Assembly: GCA_043775705.1 (NCBI GenBank)
Contig: JAYVSC010000150.1
Location: forward strand, 1,031-65,030
DNA from: Spirochaetales bacterium
Lineage (GTDB): Bacteria; Spirochaetota; Spirochaetia; Treponematales; Treponemataceae
DNA length: 64,000 nt
Reading direction: 5' to 3'
Below, piece after piece: positions 1 through 10,127 of the stretch (position 1 is its first letter; each line of letters starts with the position of its first letter). The notes beneath the pieces are model-generated. The model was not told where the DNA came from. It saw nothing but the letters and a program-made list of their open reading frames with translations, and made no database searches. Made by a program: the position numbers and the translations under genes.

Positions 1-942
1 TCCCTGATCGCGGGGGGGAGTTTCGAAAAATATTATGTGCGCACGGGTCCTGTTCCGGAGAAACTCGTGTGGCAGCTGACCGGCGGAACGGCCGAACCCA
101 TGGCCAAGGCCGCTTCCCTGCTCCTTCCTCTCGGCGGCATGGGAATGGACCTGAATATGGGCTGTTCGGCCCCCGATATCGCGCGTTTCGGGGCAGGCAT
201 CGCCTGGATGCTCAAGCCCCTCGACGAAGTTGCCTCCCTCGTGCGCGGCGTTCGAACCGTTCTCGATCAATCCTCCTCTTCCTTGTCTTCCCCGGCCCTG
301 CGTCTGAGCGTGAAGCTCCGCCTTGGCGCAGAGGAAAACTACCCCCGCCTTCTCGAATTCTGCCGCATGCTCGTCGGCGAGGGCGTGGAGCTTATTACCC
401 TGCATCCGCGGATCAAGAGCGACAAATACGGGCGCCCTGCGCGGCGTGCATTTGTACGCGCTCTCGCTTTAGACCTGAGCGTACCCGTGTATGGAAACGG
501 TGACGTCGACTCGAGCGAAAATGCCCTCGGCTATATTGAAAAATTCCCCTGCGCAGGGCTTATGATAGGGCGTGCGGCCGTTCAAAAACCCTGGATATTC
601 CGCGATATCAGGGAAAAGGAAGAGGGTATTTCGTTTGCGAAAGCGGAAATCGACCATCTCGAGGTTTCCCGTTTCTTTCTTGAAACCCTCAAAGAATGTC
701 AACCGCCCGAATTCCAGATTTCCCGCGCACGCCGTTTTTTCTTTTACTATTGCGACAATTTCAGTTTTGCCCATCACATCAAGATGCGCATCCAGAATGC
801 AAAAAACCCCGAGGAGATCGGGGTTTTGCTTGATGAATATTTTGACCAGGTTCCCACTGACCGGTATTTACCTCAGCGGGAAAAGGGTCTGGAAGTGTTC
901 CAGGACGACGCCGCTCGCGGGCCGGGCGTCAATGTCCGTTAA
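1..942 (+). CDS. tRNA-dihydrouridine synthase (Dus family), 5'-truncated by the window edge
   Basis: Frame is open from base 1. Motifs WQLTG, DLNMGC, TLHPR, GNGDV and MIGRAA match the Dus FMN TIM barrel. Confidence 0.85.
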   Translation, partial: SLIAGGSFEKYYVRTGPVPEKLVWQLTGGTAEPMAKAASLLLPLGGMGMDLNMGCSAPDIARFGAGIAWMLKPLDEVASLVRGVRTVLDQSSSSLSSPALRLSVKLRLGAEENYPRLLEFCRMLVGEGVELITLHPRIKSDKYGRPARRAFVRALALDLSVPVYGNGDVDSSENALGYIEKFPCAGLMIGRAAVQKPWIFRDIREKEEGISFAKAEIDHLEVSRFFLETLKECQPPEFQISRARRFFFYYCDNFSFAHHIKMRIQNAKNPEEIGVLLDEYFDQVPTDRYLPQREKGLEVFQDDAARGPGVNVR

Positions 943-1500
943 TTTTGAGTCTTTCCGGTAAAAATCGATGAGGGGCGCTGTCTGCGCGCGATATACCTCG
1001 AGCCGTTTTGTGATCGCCTCGATTTTGTCATCTTCCCTGATAAACAATTCCCCGCCGCATTTATCGCAAATTCCCGCGGCGTGGGGCGGCATGAAATCAA
1101 TATGATAATTATGGCTGCATTTTTTGCATACCCTGCGTCCCGAAAGGCGCGCAATCACGTCCTTGTCCGAAATATCAAAATTTATGGCCTTATTTATTGA
1201 GGTAATGCCGGCGAGCGCTACAGCCTGGGGGATTGTTCGGGGAAAGCCGTCAAGGATAAAACCTTTGTGCGCATCATCCTTTGCCAGCCGTTCACGGACT
1301 AATGCAATGGTGATGTCGTCGCTGACAAGCTGCCCTGAATCAATAATCGCCTGAACTTTCAGGCCGAGGGTGGTCTTTTCGCGGATAGCTGTGCGAAAAA
1401 TTTCTCCCGTAGAAATGTGCGGAATCAAATACGTCTCAGAAACGAGGACTGCAAGTGTGCCCTTTCCTGCTCCGGGTGGACCTAAAAAAATTAATTTCAT
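868..1500 (-). CDS. adk: Adenylate kinase
   Basis: LGPPGAGKGT P-loop, HISTG, GFILDGFPRT and a CxxC...CxxC zinc LID. GGAG precedes the ATG at 1500. Confidence 0.97.
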   Translation of the reverse strand: MKLIFLGPPGAGKGTLAVLVSETYLIPHISTGEIFRTAIREKTTLGLKVQAIIDSGQLVSDDITIALVRERLAKDDAHKGFILDGFPRTIPQAVALAGITSINKAINFDISDKDVIARLSGRRVCKKCSHNYHIDFMPPHAAGICDKCGGELFIREDDKIEAITKRLEVYRAQTAPLIDFYRKDSKLTDIDARPASGVVLEHFQTLFPLR

Positions 1501-1647
1501 CAAGAACTCCTTGAAACTGCGTTGGATAATACTTTAAAGCCGCACTGGCGATACAACCAGGAAACTTTGCCAATGATCGGCTCATTGGACGATGCTTGAT
1601 TTGAATAGGAACATGATACTCATAAAAAAGGGGGGAATCAAGGGGGG

Positions 1648-3885
1648 TTATTCTATAATACAGAACAGAATTTCATATTCCCAGTATTGAGGCCCGGCGC
1701 GGATTATTCCTTCCAGTCTCTTTTTGTATGTATCTGTCCGGAGGATTCCTATTTCTGAACGCAACACATCACCGTATGATGAGGTACCCGGATTAAACCA
1801 GCGTTCCAGGTCTGCCTCTGTTATGCGCCTCAGCTCGCGGCAGTGTTCTGTCGAGCAGACGTTCTGCATTCCTTTTTCGCTCAGGGCGGCTGTAAAGGTT
1901 TTTTCATCCCACGCAAAAAGCGGTATCGAGATATCAGTAAACAAGATGTTTTCCGCCCCTGCAATTTCTTTTGTTTCCGGATCATCTTTGGCGAGAAGAC
2001 GCGAAAGACGCATCCCCTTGGAAGGAATGCGTGCGGAAAAGGCGATTTTTCCCCCGCTGGCGCACAGGGCTTTCATTTTTTCGGCAAAGAGGCACAGTTC
2101 TCCGCTTGTAGACGCAGGATCATGGGCAAGGATGCGTTCATAGGAATTTTCCTCGACCTTCAGGACCAGGTGCGGCCGGTCGATTTCGTCGAGGGTGGAC
2201 CCGTATTTTTCAAGGGTGACTTTTGCTCTTTCCGAGAGGCAGATTCCCGTGACCAGCCCTTCAGGTGCCCTTCTTCCCGCTTCCCAGATGAGAAGTCCGT
2301 TATCTGCCCCGTATACAAGCACCCGGTGATGGCGTTGAATTCCCGACATGTCCATTAATGTATTCCGTATCTGGAGGAGGATATCCGATTTTCCGGAATC
2401 AAGACGTTTTGTCCATTCATCCCGCATTTTTCCGCCCGGGCTGAAGGTTAGAATTTCTCCCTTAGGGGCGGCGTACTCTTTTTTCTTGCCCTCCGCTCCG
2501 AAGAAAAAGCGGTCGTAGATACCGTCGGTTTCACCGGCGACAGGCTCCTGTTCCCCGATTATCGAGGCAATCTGGAGTTCCCTCCGTGTGAGCACCGCTT
2601 CCCGGATGTTTCCCTCATATCCTTGAACTGACGGGGTATAAAATACCCTGCCCACCAGGGTATCCGGCAGGTACTGCTGCGCTGCCCAGTGTTCCCGGTA
2701 GGAATGGGGATAGATATAGCCCTGGCCGTGGCCGAAGCCCTCGGCATCGCGGTTGCCGTCGCGAAGGTGGTTTGGTACTTCCGAATCTTCCTTTTCTATA
2801 GAGGAAAGTGCGTCAAAAAAAGCCATCGCGCTGTTCGATTTGGGGGCAGTCGCGAGATACAGGGCTGCATGGGTTAAGTGATACCTGCCCTCGGGAAGCC
2901 CCACCCGGTCAAAGGCGGCGGCACAGCTGACGACAACCGTGATCGCGTTTGGGTCCGCAAGGCCCGTATCCTCGCACGCGGAAATGAGCATGCGCCTGAA
3001 GATAAAGCCAGGGTCCTCGCCCGCGGCTACCATGCGTGCAAGCCAGTACATGGCGGCGTCGGGATCCCTTCCGCGAAGAGACTTGATGAACGCGCTTATG
3101 ACGTCATAGTGATAGTCTCCGTCACGGTCGTAGAGCACTACTTTCTGCTGGATGCTCTCCTCGGCTGTTTTCATGTCTATGAGTATTTCGGTATTGTCGG
3201 CGGGGGGCCAGGAAGGCACCGAGGATTCGACGGCAAGCTCCAGCGCGTTAAGGAGGCTGCGTGCGTCGCCCGAGGCCGTATTGACGAGATGCTCCAAGGC
3301 ACCTTCGGTAAAGATGATCCTCCATCTTCCATAGCCGCGCTCGGTGTTGCTCAGGGCAGAAAGGGCTGCCTTCCGCAAATCGTCCGCGGTCAGGGCTTTG
3401 AGCTGGAACACGCGGCTTCGGCTTACCAGGGCCTTGTTCACCTCGAAAAACGGATTTTCCGTGGTGGCGCCGATGAGGACTATGGTTCCGTTTTCAACCC
3501 AGGGAAGGAGGGCATCCTGCTGCGCGCGATTCCAGCGGTGCACTTCATCGACGAAAAGGATAGTGCGCCGGCCGTACACTTTCCGGTGTTCGTCCGCGAC
3601 TGCAATCGATTCCCGGATCTGCTGCACGCCCGAAAGTACGGCGTTGAGCGTAACGAAATTGCTTTTTGTATGATTGGCGACAACCCGTGCAAGGGTGGTT
3701 TTCCCTGTCCCCGGCGGGCCGTAAAAAATGACGGAGGTAAGCTGGTCAGCCTGTATGGCCCGGCGCAGGAGGCGTCCCGGGCCGATAATATGATCCTGTC
3801 CGATATATTCGTCAAGGTTTTGCGGCCGCATTCGAGCGGCCAACGGTTCATGATTTCCGTCATTGACACCCGAAAATAGATCCAT
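1648..3885 (-). CDS. rarA: Replication-associated recombination AAA+ ATPase RarA/MgsA with a ~300-aa C-terminal extension
   Basis: PLAARMRP, Walker A GPPGTGKT, FVDEVHR, GATTENP, SAFIKSLRG and SACEDTG motifs. Confidence 0.92.
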   Translation of the reverse strand: MDLFSGVNDGNHEPLAARMRPQNLDEYIGQDHIIGPGRLLRRAIQADQLTSVIFYGPPGTGKTTLARVVANHTKSNFVTLNAVLSGVQQIRESIAVADEHRKVYGRRTILFVDEVHRWNRAQQDALLPWVENGTIVLIGATTENPFFEVNKALVSRSRVFQLKALTADDLRKAALSALSNTERGYGRWRIIFTEGALEHLVNTASGDARSLLNALELAVESSVPSWPPADNTEILIDMKTAEESIQQKVVLYDRDGDYHYDVISAFIKSLRGRDPDAAMYWLARMVAAGEDPGFIFRRMLISACEDTGLADPNAITVVVSCAAAFDRVGLPEGRYHLTHAALYLATAPKSNSAMAFFDALSSIEKEDSEVPNHLRDGNRDAEGFGHGQGYIYPHSYREHWAAQQYLPDTLVGRVFYTPSVQGYEGNIREAVLTRRELQIASIIGEQEPVAGETDGIYDRFFFGAEGKKKEYAAPKGEILTFSPGGKMRDEWTKRLDSGKSDILLQIRNTLMDMSGIQRHHRVLVYGADNGLLIWEAGRRAPEGLVTGICLSERAKVTLEKYGSTLDEIDRPHLVLKVEENSYERILAHDPASTSGELCLFAEKMKALCASGGKIAFSARIPSKGMRLSRLLAKDDPETKEIAGAENILFTDISIPLFAWDEKTFTAALSEKGMQNVCSTEHCRELRRITEADLERWFNPGTSSYGDVLRSEIGILRTDTYKKRLEGIIRAGPQYWEYEILFCIIE

Positions 3886-3912
3886 CAAAACCTGCCTTGC
3901 TCGGAAAAAAGT

Positions 3913-4962
3913 TTATTCCCGGTTCCATTCATTGCGCGAAGCGGAGTAATAAGCCCACAGGCCTTCATACTTACTGTTGCTGATCGCCGCATAGACCACA
4001 TAGCCATCGCCTGCGGGAACGGGGGATGTCACGGCATATATTGAAGTCAGGTTCCACAAAGCGATGCTGTTTGTGTATTGGTCCTTCGCCGTGGTGGAAA
4101 CCGAAGACTCGTCAGAGGCACCCGGTGCGAGATTGGCCGTCATGACATTTGACGGGTCCAGGATAACTTCGCCGTAGCCTTTGGCTCCGCTGATGAGCAG
4201 CAGATTTTTTCCCGCACCAAGCCAGGAAATGCAAGTCGGGCTGCCTACGTTGTGATTGAATGCACTCTGCCAGACACCGGTTTTATACTGATAGACCGAG
4301 CCCGCGTCGAGCGCGAACAGATCGGTGCCGTCGGTAGTTATGCCGATTACTGTCGTTCCTGGACAGGTCAGGTTAGTTCCCGCAGCATCATAGACGCCGG
4401 CAGTTGTCGCGAAATAGTCGGATAAGGCAGTCACGGCGCTTCCTACGGGAATCGCGAGTGCGGTTGCGCCGGTTATCGCCGTTGCGGTCAAGGCGGTGAC
4501 GGAGTAGGCCGTGAAGCCCTCGGTCTCCTGAGCGAAGCCGAATACGCGGCCTCTGCCGCTTGCGATCCGCACTATCGAAGCGGGAGACACAACCGGTGCC
4601 CAGACGCTTCCGTCAAACATTTGAAAGGAAACAATCTGATAGTCAGCATTCTGGAAAAGGCCGTAGAGGTTGGTCCCGTCTGTCGCAAGTCCTGCGCAGC
4701 GGAAGTAAGGTAATCCGACTTTATTCCAGCTTCCCTGTCCGTCTGTGCGTTTGTATATCCTTCCGTTAGTGGTGTAAATATCGGTGCCGACGACGACTAG
4801 GGAGGAGATTGATCCAATAATTGAAGGATCCTTAAGTTTTACCTCTTGTTCTATCGCAGAAAAAATCGGGTCGTTGGTACAGGCGGTCATCATCAAGGTG
4901 CCTGTTAATAGCAACGCTGCGCCCAAGATTGCCGAAATGCCTGTTTTTATATGTTTATGCAT
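3913..4962 (-). CDS. Hypothetical lipoprotein, probable beta-propeller
   Basis: Basic N-terminus, hydrophobic stretch and lipobox-like MTAC. Repeated (I/L)xTDGTxL(Y/F)-type blades. Confidence 0.65.
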   Translation of the reverse strand: MHKHIKTGISAILGAALLLTGTLMMTACTNDPIFSAIEQEVKLKDPSIIGSISSLVVVGTDIYTTNGRIYKRTDGQGSWNKVGLPYFRCAGLATDGTNLYGLFQNADYQIVSFQMFDGSVWAPVVSPASIVRIASGRGRVFGFAQETEGFTAYSVTALTATAITGATALAIPVGSAVTALSDYFATTAGVYDAAGTNLTCPGTTVIGITTDGTDLFALDAGSVYQYKTGVWQSAFNHNVGSPTCISWLGAGKNLLLISGAKGYGEVILDPSNVMTANLAPGASDESSVSTTAKDQYTNSIALWNLTSIYAVTSPVPAGDGYVVYAAISNSKYEGLWAYYSASRNEWNRE

Positions 4963-4982
4963 GAAAGTCTCCTGTTTGTGTG

Positions 4983-5585
4983 TCAGAAATGATAGCGGAC
5001 GGAAAGCACCACATCGAGGATATTTCCTGTGCGGTTGTACATTCCCTCTTTATAAAACTGGGGGAGGACATTCCAGCCCACACTTGCTCCGTAGGACCAG
5101 TCCGGCGAATATTGAAAATAGGCACCGACTTCTGGTTTGATAATCGGACCGAAAAAATTGGTCGTGTTGTAAGTCTGGAAGGCAAAACCTCCCGAAAGCG
5201 AAACGGGAACATGGATCCGGTTAAAGACAAAGGCATAAGTTGCCTTGAAAGTGATGGGAAGATAAAAATAGAGGTTTCCGCCGAGGGTAGAATTGAAGGA
5301 GAATGCTATTTCACCCCCGAGAGCTACCTTGGAATTGATAAAGCGCGAATACCCGATAGTTCCGGTTCCGCCCAGATTGATGTTGGTTTTTGTCTCGATT
5401 CCGTCTGAAGACCCGTTGAAAAGAGGTAATCCTATTCCCAGTCCCATACGTATAAACTGATCGCCCTTGCGGATGGGTTCATACCCGTAATTTGAATCCG
5501 GCTTGACCGGAGTCTCGGTTGTTTGTGCGTTTAAAAAAGATAGTCCCGCTATGGCTAGGACCAGGGTGATAATCTGACGTTTCAT
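4983..5585 (-). CDS. TP0733-like (OmpW/OprG-type) outer-membrane beta-barrel
   Basis: Signal peptide, alternating aromatic/Gly amphipathic strands and a C-terminal VRYHF barrel signal. Divergent from folD as in treponemes. Start chosen at MKRQ. Confidence 0.75.
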   Translation of the reverse strand: MKRQIITLVLAIAGLSFLNAQTTETPVKPDSNYGYEPIRKGDQFIRMGLGIGLPLFNGSSDGIETKTNINLGGTGTIGYSRFINSKVALGGEIAFSFNSTLGGNLYFYLPITFKATYAFVFNRIHVPVSLSGGFAFQTYNTTNFFGPIIKPEVGAYFQYSPDWSYGASVGWNVLPQFYKEGMYNRTGNILDVVLSVRYHF

Positions 5586-5700
5586 AGTTTCACTATACCT
5601 CATTTTTTCTGCTATTGTCTATCAAAGGCAGTACGTGTTACAACAAAGAAAGCCGTCATCTAGTTACGTGCTTGCAGATTAATTCAATTTCGAGGTATAT

Positions 5701-6579
5701 ATGAGCGCTGTTGTTATTGACGGTTTTTCTGTGGCCGCCTCTGTTCGCGCCCGGGTCGCGGAAGAGGTTGCCGCCCTTTCCGCGACGGGAATCAAGCCCT
5801 GTCTCGCGGTCGTCCTTGTCGGCGAGGATCCTGCCTCCGTTTCTTATGTGACCGGAAAGGAAAAAGCACTCGCAGAGGTCGGCATCGCCGACCGCAGTTA
5901 CCGCTTGAGCGCGGCAACTACGGAATCAGAACTTCTCTCCCTGATTTTCAAACTTAACAGCGATCCCTCCGTGCATGGAATCTTGGTTCAGCTTCCGCTT
6001 CCGAAGCACATAAGCGAGGCGCGGATAATAATGGCCCTTGATCCCGAGAAGGATGTGGATGGTTTTCACCCTGTAAACGTGGGTAATATGGTCATAGACC
6101 GCCCCTGCTTTGTCCCCTGCACGCCTCACGGCGTGATGGCGCTGCTTCGCGAGGCAGGCATCAAGACCGCAGGGGCACATGCAGTGGTCGTCGGCCGCTC
6201 CAATCTGGTCGGCCGGCCCCTTTCCATCCTCTTGTCCCGCCGCGACTGCAACTGTACCGTCACCCTGTGCCATACCGGCACGGCTGATCTTGCGTCGTTT
6301 ACCCGTCAGGCCGATATCCTGATCGCCGCGATAGGAAGACCCCGGATCATAACTGCAGACATGATCAAGCGCGGAGCTGCCGTCATCGACGTCGGAGTAA
6401 ACCGTGTCGAGGACGCAACGAAAAAAAGCGGCTTCCGGCTTGTCGGCGACGTAGATTTTATTCCGGTCTGCGAAGTTGCTTCCTATATAACGCCGGTACC
6501 CCGCGGCGTCGGGCCCATGACCATCGCCATGCTGATGGAAAACACCCTGCTTGCCGCGAAAAATCACAGCGGGCGCTGA
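5701..6579 (+). CDS. folD: Bifunctional methylene-THF dehydrogenase/cyclohydrolase
   Basis: [35 protein letters not shown] and [10 protein letters not shown] motifs. Confidence 0.97.
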   Translation: MSAVVIDGFSVAASVRARVAEEVAALSATGIKPCLAVVLVGEDPASVSYVTGKEKALAEVGIADRSYRLSAATTESELLSLIFKLNSDPSVHGILVQLPLPKHISEARIIMALDPEKDVDGFHPVNVGNMVIDRPCFVPCTPHGVMALLREAGIKTAGAHAVVVGRSNLVGRPLSILLSRRDCNCTVTLCHTGTADLASFTRQADILIAAIGRPRIITADMIKRGAAVIDVGVNRVEDATKKSGFRLVGDVDFIPVCEVASYITPVPRGVGPMTIAMLMENTLLAAKNHSGR

Positions 6580-6630
6580 CCCTAAGCGCCTTGCGATTCG
6601 GGAAAATTTTTTCTGCCAGGAGATTTAAAA

Positions 6631-7410
6631 TTGATTGATATCCAGAGCGAGCAGGATGACCGCGAGATTCCGCTTCAAAAGGTTGGAATCAAGGGCTTGA
6701 AATATCCCGTGCATGTGCTTGACCGTGAACATAAAAGACAGTTCACCACCGCCTCGGTTAACCTCTACGTGAATCTTCCCAAGCATTTCAAGGGTACTCA
6801 TATGAGCCGCTTTATCGAGGTGTTCCATCAGCACCGGGATAACCTGTCCATGCCCCACTTTCTGGACATGCTCGAGGAGATTCGTATCTCGCTCGAGGCC
6901 GCGCGTGCGTTCGGCGAAATGAGCTTTACCTTTTTCCTGGAAAAGGCGGCCCCGGTTTCGCTCCAGATGGGGATGATGTCCTATGAATGTTCCTTCGAGG
7001 GGATGGTTTCCGACGGGGACGAGCGGACCTTCTTCGTTTCGGTCACCGTGCCCGTTCAGACCGTCTGTCCCTGTTCCAAGGCTATCAGCGAGTACGGCGC
7101 CCACAACCAGCGGGGCATAGTCCGTGTCAAGCTTCAGCTCGGCCCTTTTTTCTGGATCGAGGATCTCGTCACCCTCATCGAGGACTGCGCCTCAAGCGCG
7201 GTGTATTCGCTTTTAAAGCGCGAAGACGAAAAATTCGTGACCGAAGCCGCCTACGATAATCCCAAATTCGTCGAGGATCTTGTGCGCGACGTGCTTCTCG
7301 CCATTCCTTCCCTCGGCTCTTTTCCCTGGTACAGCGTCGAGGCCGAGAATTTTGAAAGCATCCATAATCACAGTGCGTTTGCCTATGCCGAGAGCGGTAT
7401 TCCCACATGA
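6631..7410 (+). CDS. folE2: GTP cyclohydrolase I type IB (FolE2)
   Basis: KGTHMSRF, TVCPCSK, AHNQRG, NPKFVED and ESIHNH motifs. TTG start after AGGAG. Confidence 0.93.
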   Translation: MIDIQSEQDDREIPLQKVGIKGLKYPVHVLDREHKRQFTTASVNLYVNLPKHFKGTHMSRFIEVFHQHRDNLSMPHFLDMLEEIRISLEAARAFGEMSFTFFLEKAAPVSLQMGMMSYECSFEGMVSDGDERTFFVSVTVPVQTVCPCSKAISEYGAHNQRGIVRVKLQLGPFFWIEDLVTLIEDCASSAVYSLLKREDEKFVTEAAYDNPKFVEDLVRDVLLAIPSLGSFPWYSVEAENFESIHNHSAFAYAESGIPT

Positions 7411-8771
7411 CCTATTTTTTCGAAACCTACGGCTGTCAGATGAATTCGGCCGAATCATCCTCGGTGGAGCAGCTTCTGGTCTCCCGTTCATGGACCAAGG
7501 CCGAAACTGCCGATATCGCAGACCTCGTGATCCTGAATACCTGTTCGGTCCGCATTACTGCCGAAACCCGCGTTTTCGGCCGTATCTATCATTTTTGCGC
7601 GCAAAAGAGGACCCGTAAACTTAGCCTGATAGTGATGGGATGCATGGCCGAGCGATTGAAAAACGAACTGAAAAAAAAATACCCCAAGCTGGACTATGTT
7701 GTCGGCATGTTCGAGCGTGCCCTTTTTTCCGATATTTTCCAGGCGGTCGAGGAAGAGCGCATATTCAAAAAAAGCGACCGGGAGAGGAATGATGGTGAAG
7801 AGGCGGTCAATTCCTATTTTTTTGCACCTTCTTCTTATGTAAAAGGTGCCTTCCAGGCCAATGTCCCGATCATGAACGGCTGCAATAATTATTGCTCATA
7901 CTGCATCGTTCCTTATGTGAGGGGCAGGGAAATGTCCCGAAAAATGGAAGATATTCTTGACGAATTCGACGCGCTTGCCGATCAGGGAGTGCGCGAGGTA
8001 ACCCTTCTCGGCCAAAACGTGAATTCCTACAATTATATAGAAGCTTCGACCGGAACGGTTATCGGCTTTCCCGAGCTGCTCACCCGCATTGCCCGCCGGA
8101 TCGAGCACAAGAACGTCATCCGCTGGGTGCGCTTTATGTCCAGCCATCCAAAGGACCTGTCCGATGAGCTCCTCGAGGTTCTTTCCCGGGAAAAGGTATT
8201 CTGCCGCCATCTGCATCTTCCCGTCCAGCATGGTTCAAACCGCATTCTCGAGGCAATGAACCGGAAATATACCCGGGAACAGTATCTTGATCTGGTTGCA
8301 CGCATCCGCGCCCGGCTGCCGGATGCAACCCTTACTACCGATATTCTCGTCGGTTTTCCCGGTGAAACCGAGGAGGACGTGCAGACAACCCTCGATCTGC
8401 TGCGCACCGTCCGCTACGAGGCTGCCTTCATGTATCACTATAATCCCCGGGAAGGAACCAAGGCCTACGATATGCCTCTCTGGATAGACGATGAAGTCAA
8501 GAAGGAAAGGCTTGACCGGGTGATTACCCTGCAGCACCGCATAAGCGCAGAACTCATGCATCTCCGTGTCGGCCTGACCGTTCCCGTTCTTGTAGAATCC
8601 ACCTCGCGAAATAATCATGACGAGCTGTTTGGACACACTGAACTTGCCGAAATGGTGGTGTTTGAGGGAGATCAGGATAAAAGCCTTATCGGCCATTTTG
8701 TACAAGCTGAACTGACAAGCTTGCGCGGACGTACATTCCGTGCGAAAATAAACAGTGTTCTTTTTGACTGA
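7407..8771 (+). CDS. miaB: tRNA methylthiotransferase MiaB
   Basis: TYGCQMN and NTCSVR motifs, radical-SAM CNNYCSYC, and a C-terminal TRAM-like region. Confidence 0.95.
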   Translation: MTYFFETYGCQMNSAESSSVEQLLVSRSWTKAETADIADLVILNTCSVRITAETRVFGRIYHFCAQKRTRKLSLIVMGCMAERLKNELKKKYPKLDYVVGMFERALFSDIFQAVEEERIFKKSDRERNDGEEAVNSYFFAPSSYVKGAFQANVPIMNGCNNYCSYCIVPYVRGREMSRKMEDILDEFDALADQGVREVTLLGQNVNSYNYIEASTGTVIGFPELLTRIARRIEHKNVIRWVRFMSSHPKDLSDELLEVLSREKVFCRHLHLPVQHGSNRILEAMNRKYTREQYLDLVARIRARLPDATLTTDILVGFPGETEEDVQTTLDLLRTVRYEAAFMYHYNPREGTKAYDMPLWIDDEVKKERLDRVITLQHRISAELMHLRVGLTVPVLVESTSRNNHDELFGHTELAEMVVFEGDQDKSLIGHFVQAELTSLRGRTFRAKINSVLFD

Positions 8772-8782
8772 TGGAGGCCTTG

Positions 8783-9055
8783 ATGCCCTGGAAATTCATT
8801 TTTTTTCTATTTATGCTGGTGATAACCACGGTGTTTATCGGATTCAACCTCGAAAACCGGTGTGATATCTCGTTGATTTTTTATACCTGGAAGGATGTTC
8901 CCATTTTTGTCAGCCTGCTTTTCGGCTATGTGGTGGGCGCAGTGACCGTTCTCCCTGTTTTTTTCGCCACCCGGAAAAAAAGCCTCAAAAAAGACATTAA
9001 AAAGCCGGGCCCGAAACAATACGGGGGGCAGGGGCATGACTACAATATCAATTAA
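8783..9055 (+). CDS. Small LapA/DUF1049-like membrane protein
   Basis: Two hydrophobic segments around FIGFN...ISLIFY, with a basic C-terminal tail. GGAGG precedes the ATG at 8783. Confidence 0.6.
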   Translation: MPWKFIFFLFMLVITTVFIGFNLENRCDISLIFYTWKDVPIFVSLLFGYVVGAVTVLPVFFATRKKSLKKDIKKPGPKQYGGQGHDYNIN

Positions 9056-10109
9056 TCAGTATAAAAAGTGGGAAAGCGTTTTTTATGCCTCGATGCTGTT
9101 TATTGTATGTTGTTCCTCCCCATTCACCTTTGCGTCTCCCTCTCCTGCGGTCCAGCAGGTGCTCGATTCGTCCTTTGCCCTGAAAGATCAGAACGCGGTC
9201 ATCGCGTCGCTTGTGTCTCTTTCCGCTCAGCTCTCAGCCGTTGCTGATAAAAAGGCGGTTTTTTCGGTACTTGCGGATTATGAGGAGCGGCTCGGTTTGA
9301 CTGTCGAAGCGGCAAAGCACTTTAACGATGCAGCCCTCGCGGATCCATCTGCACGGGACGACGCCCTTTTGCTTGATTCGGCCCGCTGTGCCCTATCCTC
9401 AAATGATGTCGCTCGCGCCGACGGTCTGGTCCGCGCAGTTCTTCTTACCTGCTTTGACGAAAAAATACTGCTGCGCGCGCGTGTATATGCGGCCTGGATC
9501 CTGCTCTCGGCCGGGGATACAAAAAATGCCCTGCCCCTGTTCCGTACCTATTCCCGGAATCCGGTTTTTATTGAATTTACCCCGGCTCTTTTATTTACCC
9601 TTTGGTGGACTGATTCCGACCAGGACGCCCGCTCGAGGCTTTTGTCCTCTTTTCCTTTATCACCGGAAGCCGCGATCATCCGCGGTGAAATGTCGCTCTC
9701 TCCCTCCCCGTTTTGGTATCTGATGGGCAGAAACGACGGCCTCGTGACCGCATTTGCCCGGGAAGGAAATGCCGCAGTTTCCGCATCCGCGGCAAATACT
9801 CCGGACGTAAAAAGTTCAGCTGCAGCGCAAGCTGCGGCGCCGACCGCAGTTCCTTCTGCACCTGTCCCTCCATCTCCGGAAGCCTCAGCGGGAAAGGTAT
9901 GGCAGCAGGTCGGATTTTTCAAGAACCGGGAATATGCTGATGAGCTTGTCGCCCAGCTGAAAAAACAGGGCTTTCAGCCCATAATCCGCAATGAAACCCG
10001 GCCGAGCGGGACGGTGTATCTTTCCGTTCTAGTTCCGGAAGACGCATCCCGTTCGGTAGGCCCCAAGCTCAAGGATGCAGGATTTGAGAGTTTCTTGCTG
10101 ATTGATTGA
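9036..10109 (+). CDS. Exported TPR-like protein with an Ala/Pro linker and a C-terminal SPOR domain
   Basis: Helical repeats, an AAAQAAAPTAVPSAPVPP linker and QVGFFKNREYADELVAQLKKQGF (SPOR pattern). Confidence 0.75.
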   Translation: MTTISINQYKKWESVFYASMLFIVCCSSPFTFASPSPAVQQVLDSSFALKDQNAVIASLVSLSAQLSAVADKKAVFSVLADYEERLGLTVEAAKHFNDAALADPSARDDALLLDSARCALSSNDVARADGLVRAVLLTCFDEKILLRARVYAAWILLSAGDTKNALPLFRTYSRNPVFIEFTPALLFTLWWTDSDQDARSRLLSSFPLSPEAAIIRGEMSLSPSPFWYLMGRNDGLVTAFAREGNAAVSASAANTPDVKSSAAAQAAAPTAVPSAPVPPSPEASAGKVWQQVGFFKNREYADELVAQLKKQGFQPIIRNETRPSGTVYLSVLVPEDASRSVGPKLKDAGFESFLLID

Positions 10110-10127
10110 ACCGGGAAGCCGGGAAGC

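Noticed and set aside
1624-1647. Two G6 tracts at the rarA 3' end
   Set aside because: Short, not in a promoter I could identify, and they form no hairpin.
2878-3879. 333-aa plus-strand ORF
   Set aside because: Antisense shadow of rarA with no motifs. Expected from GC-rich codon bias.
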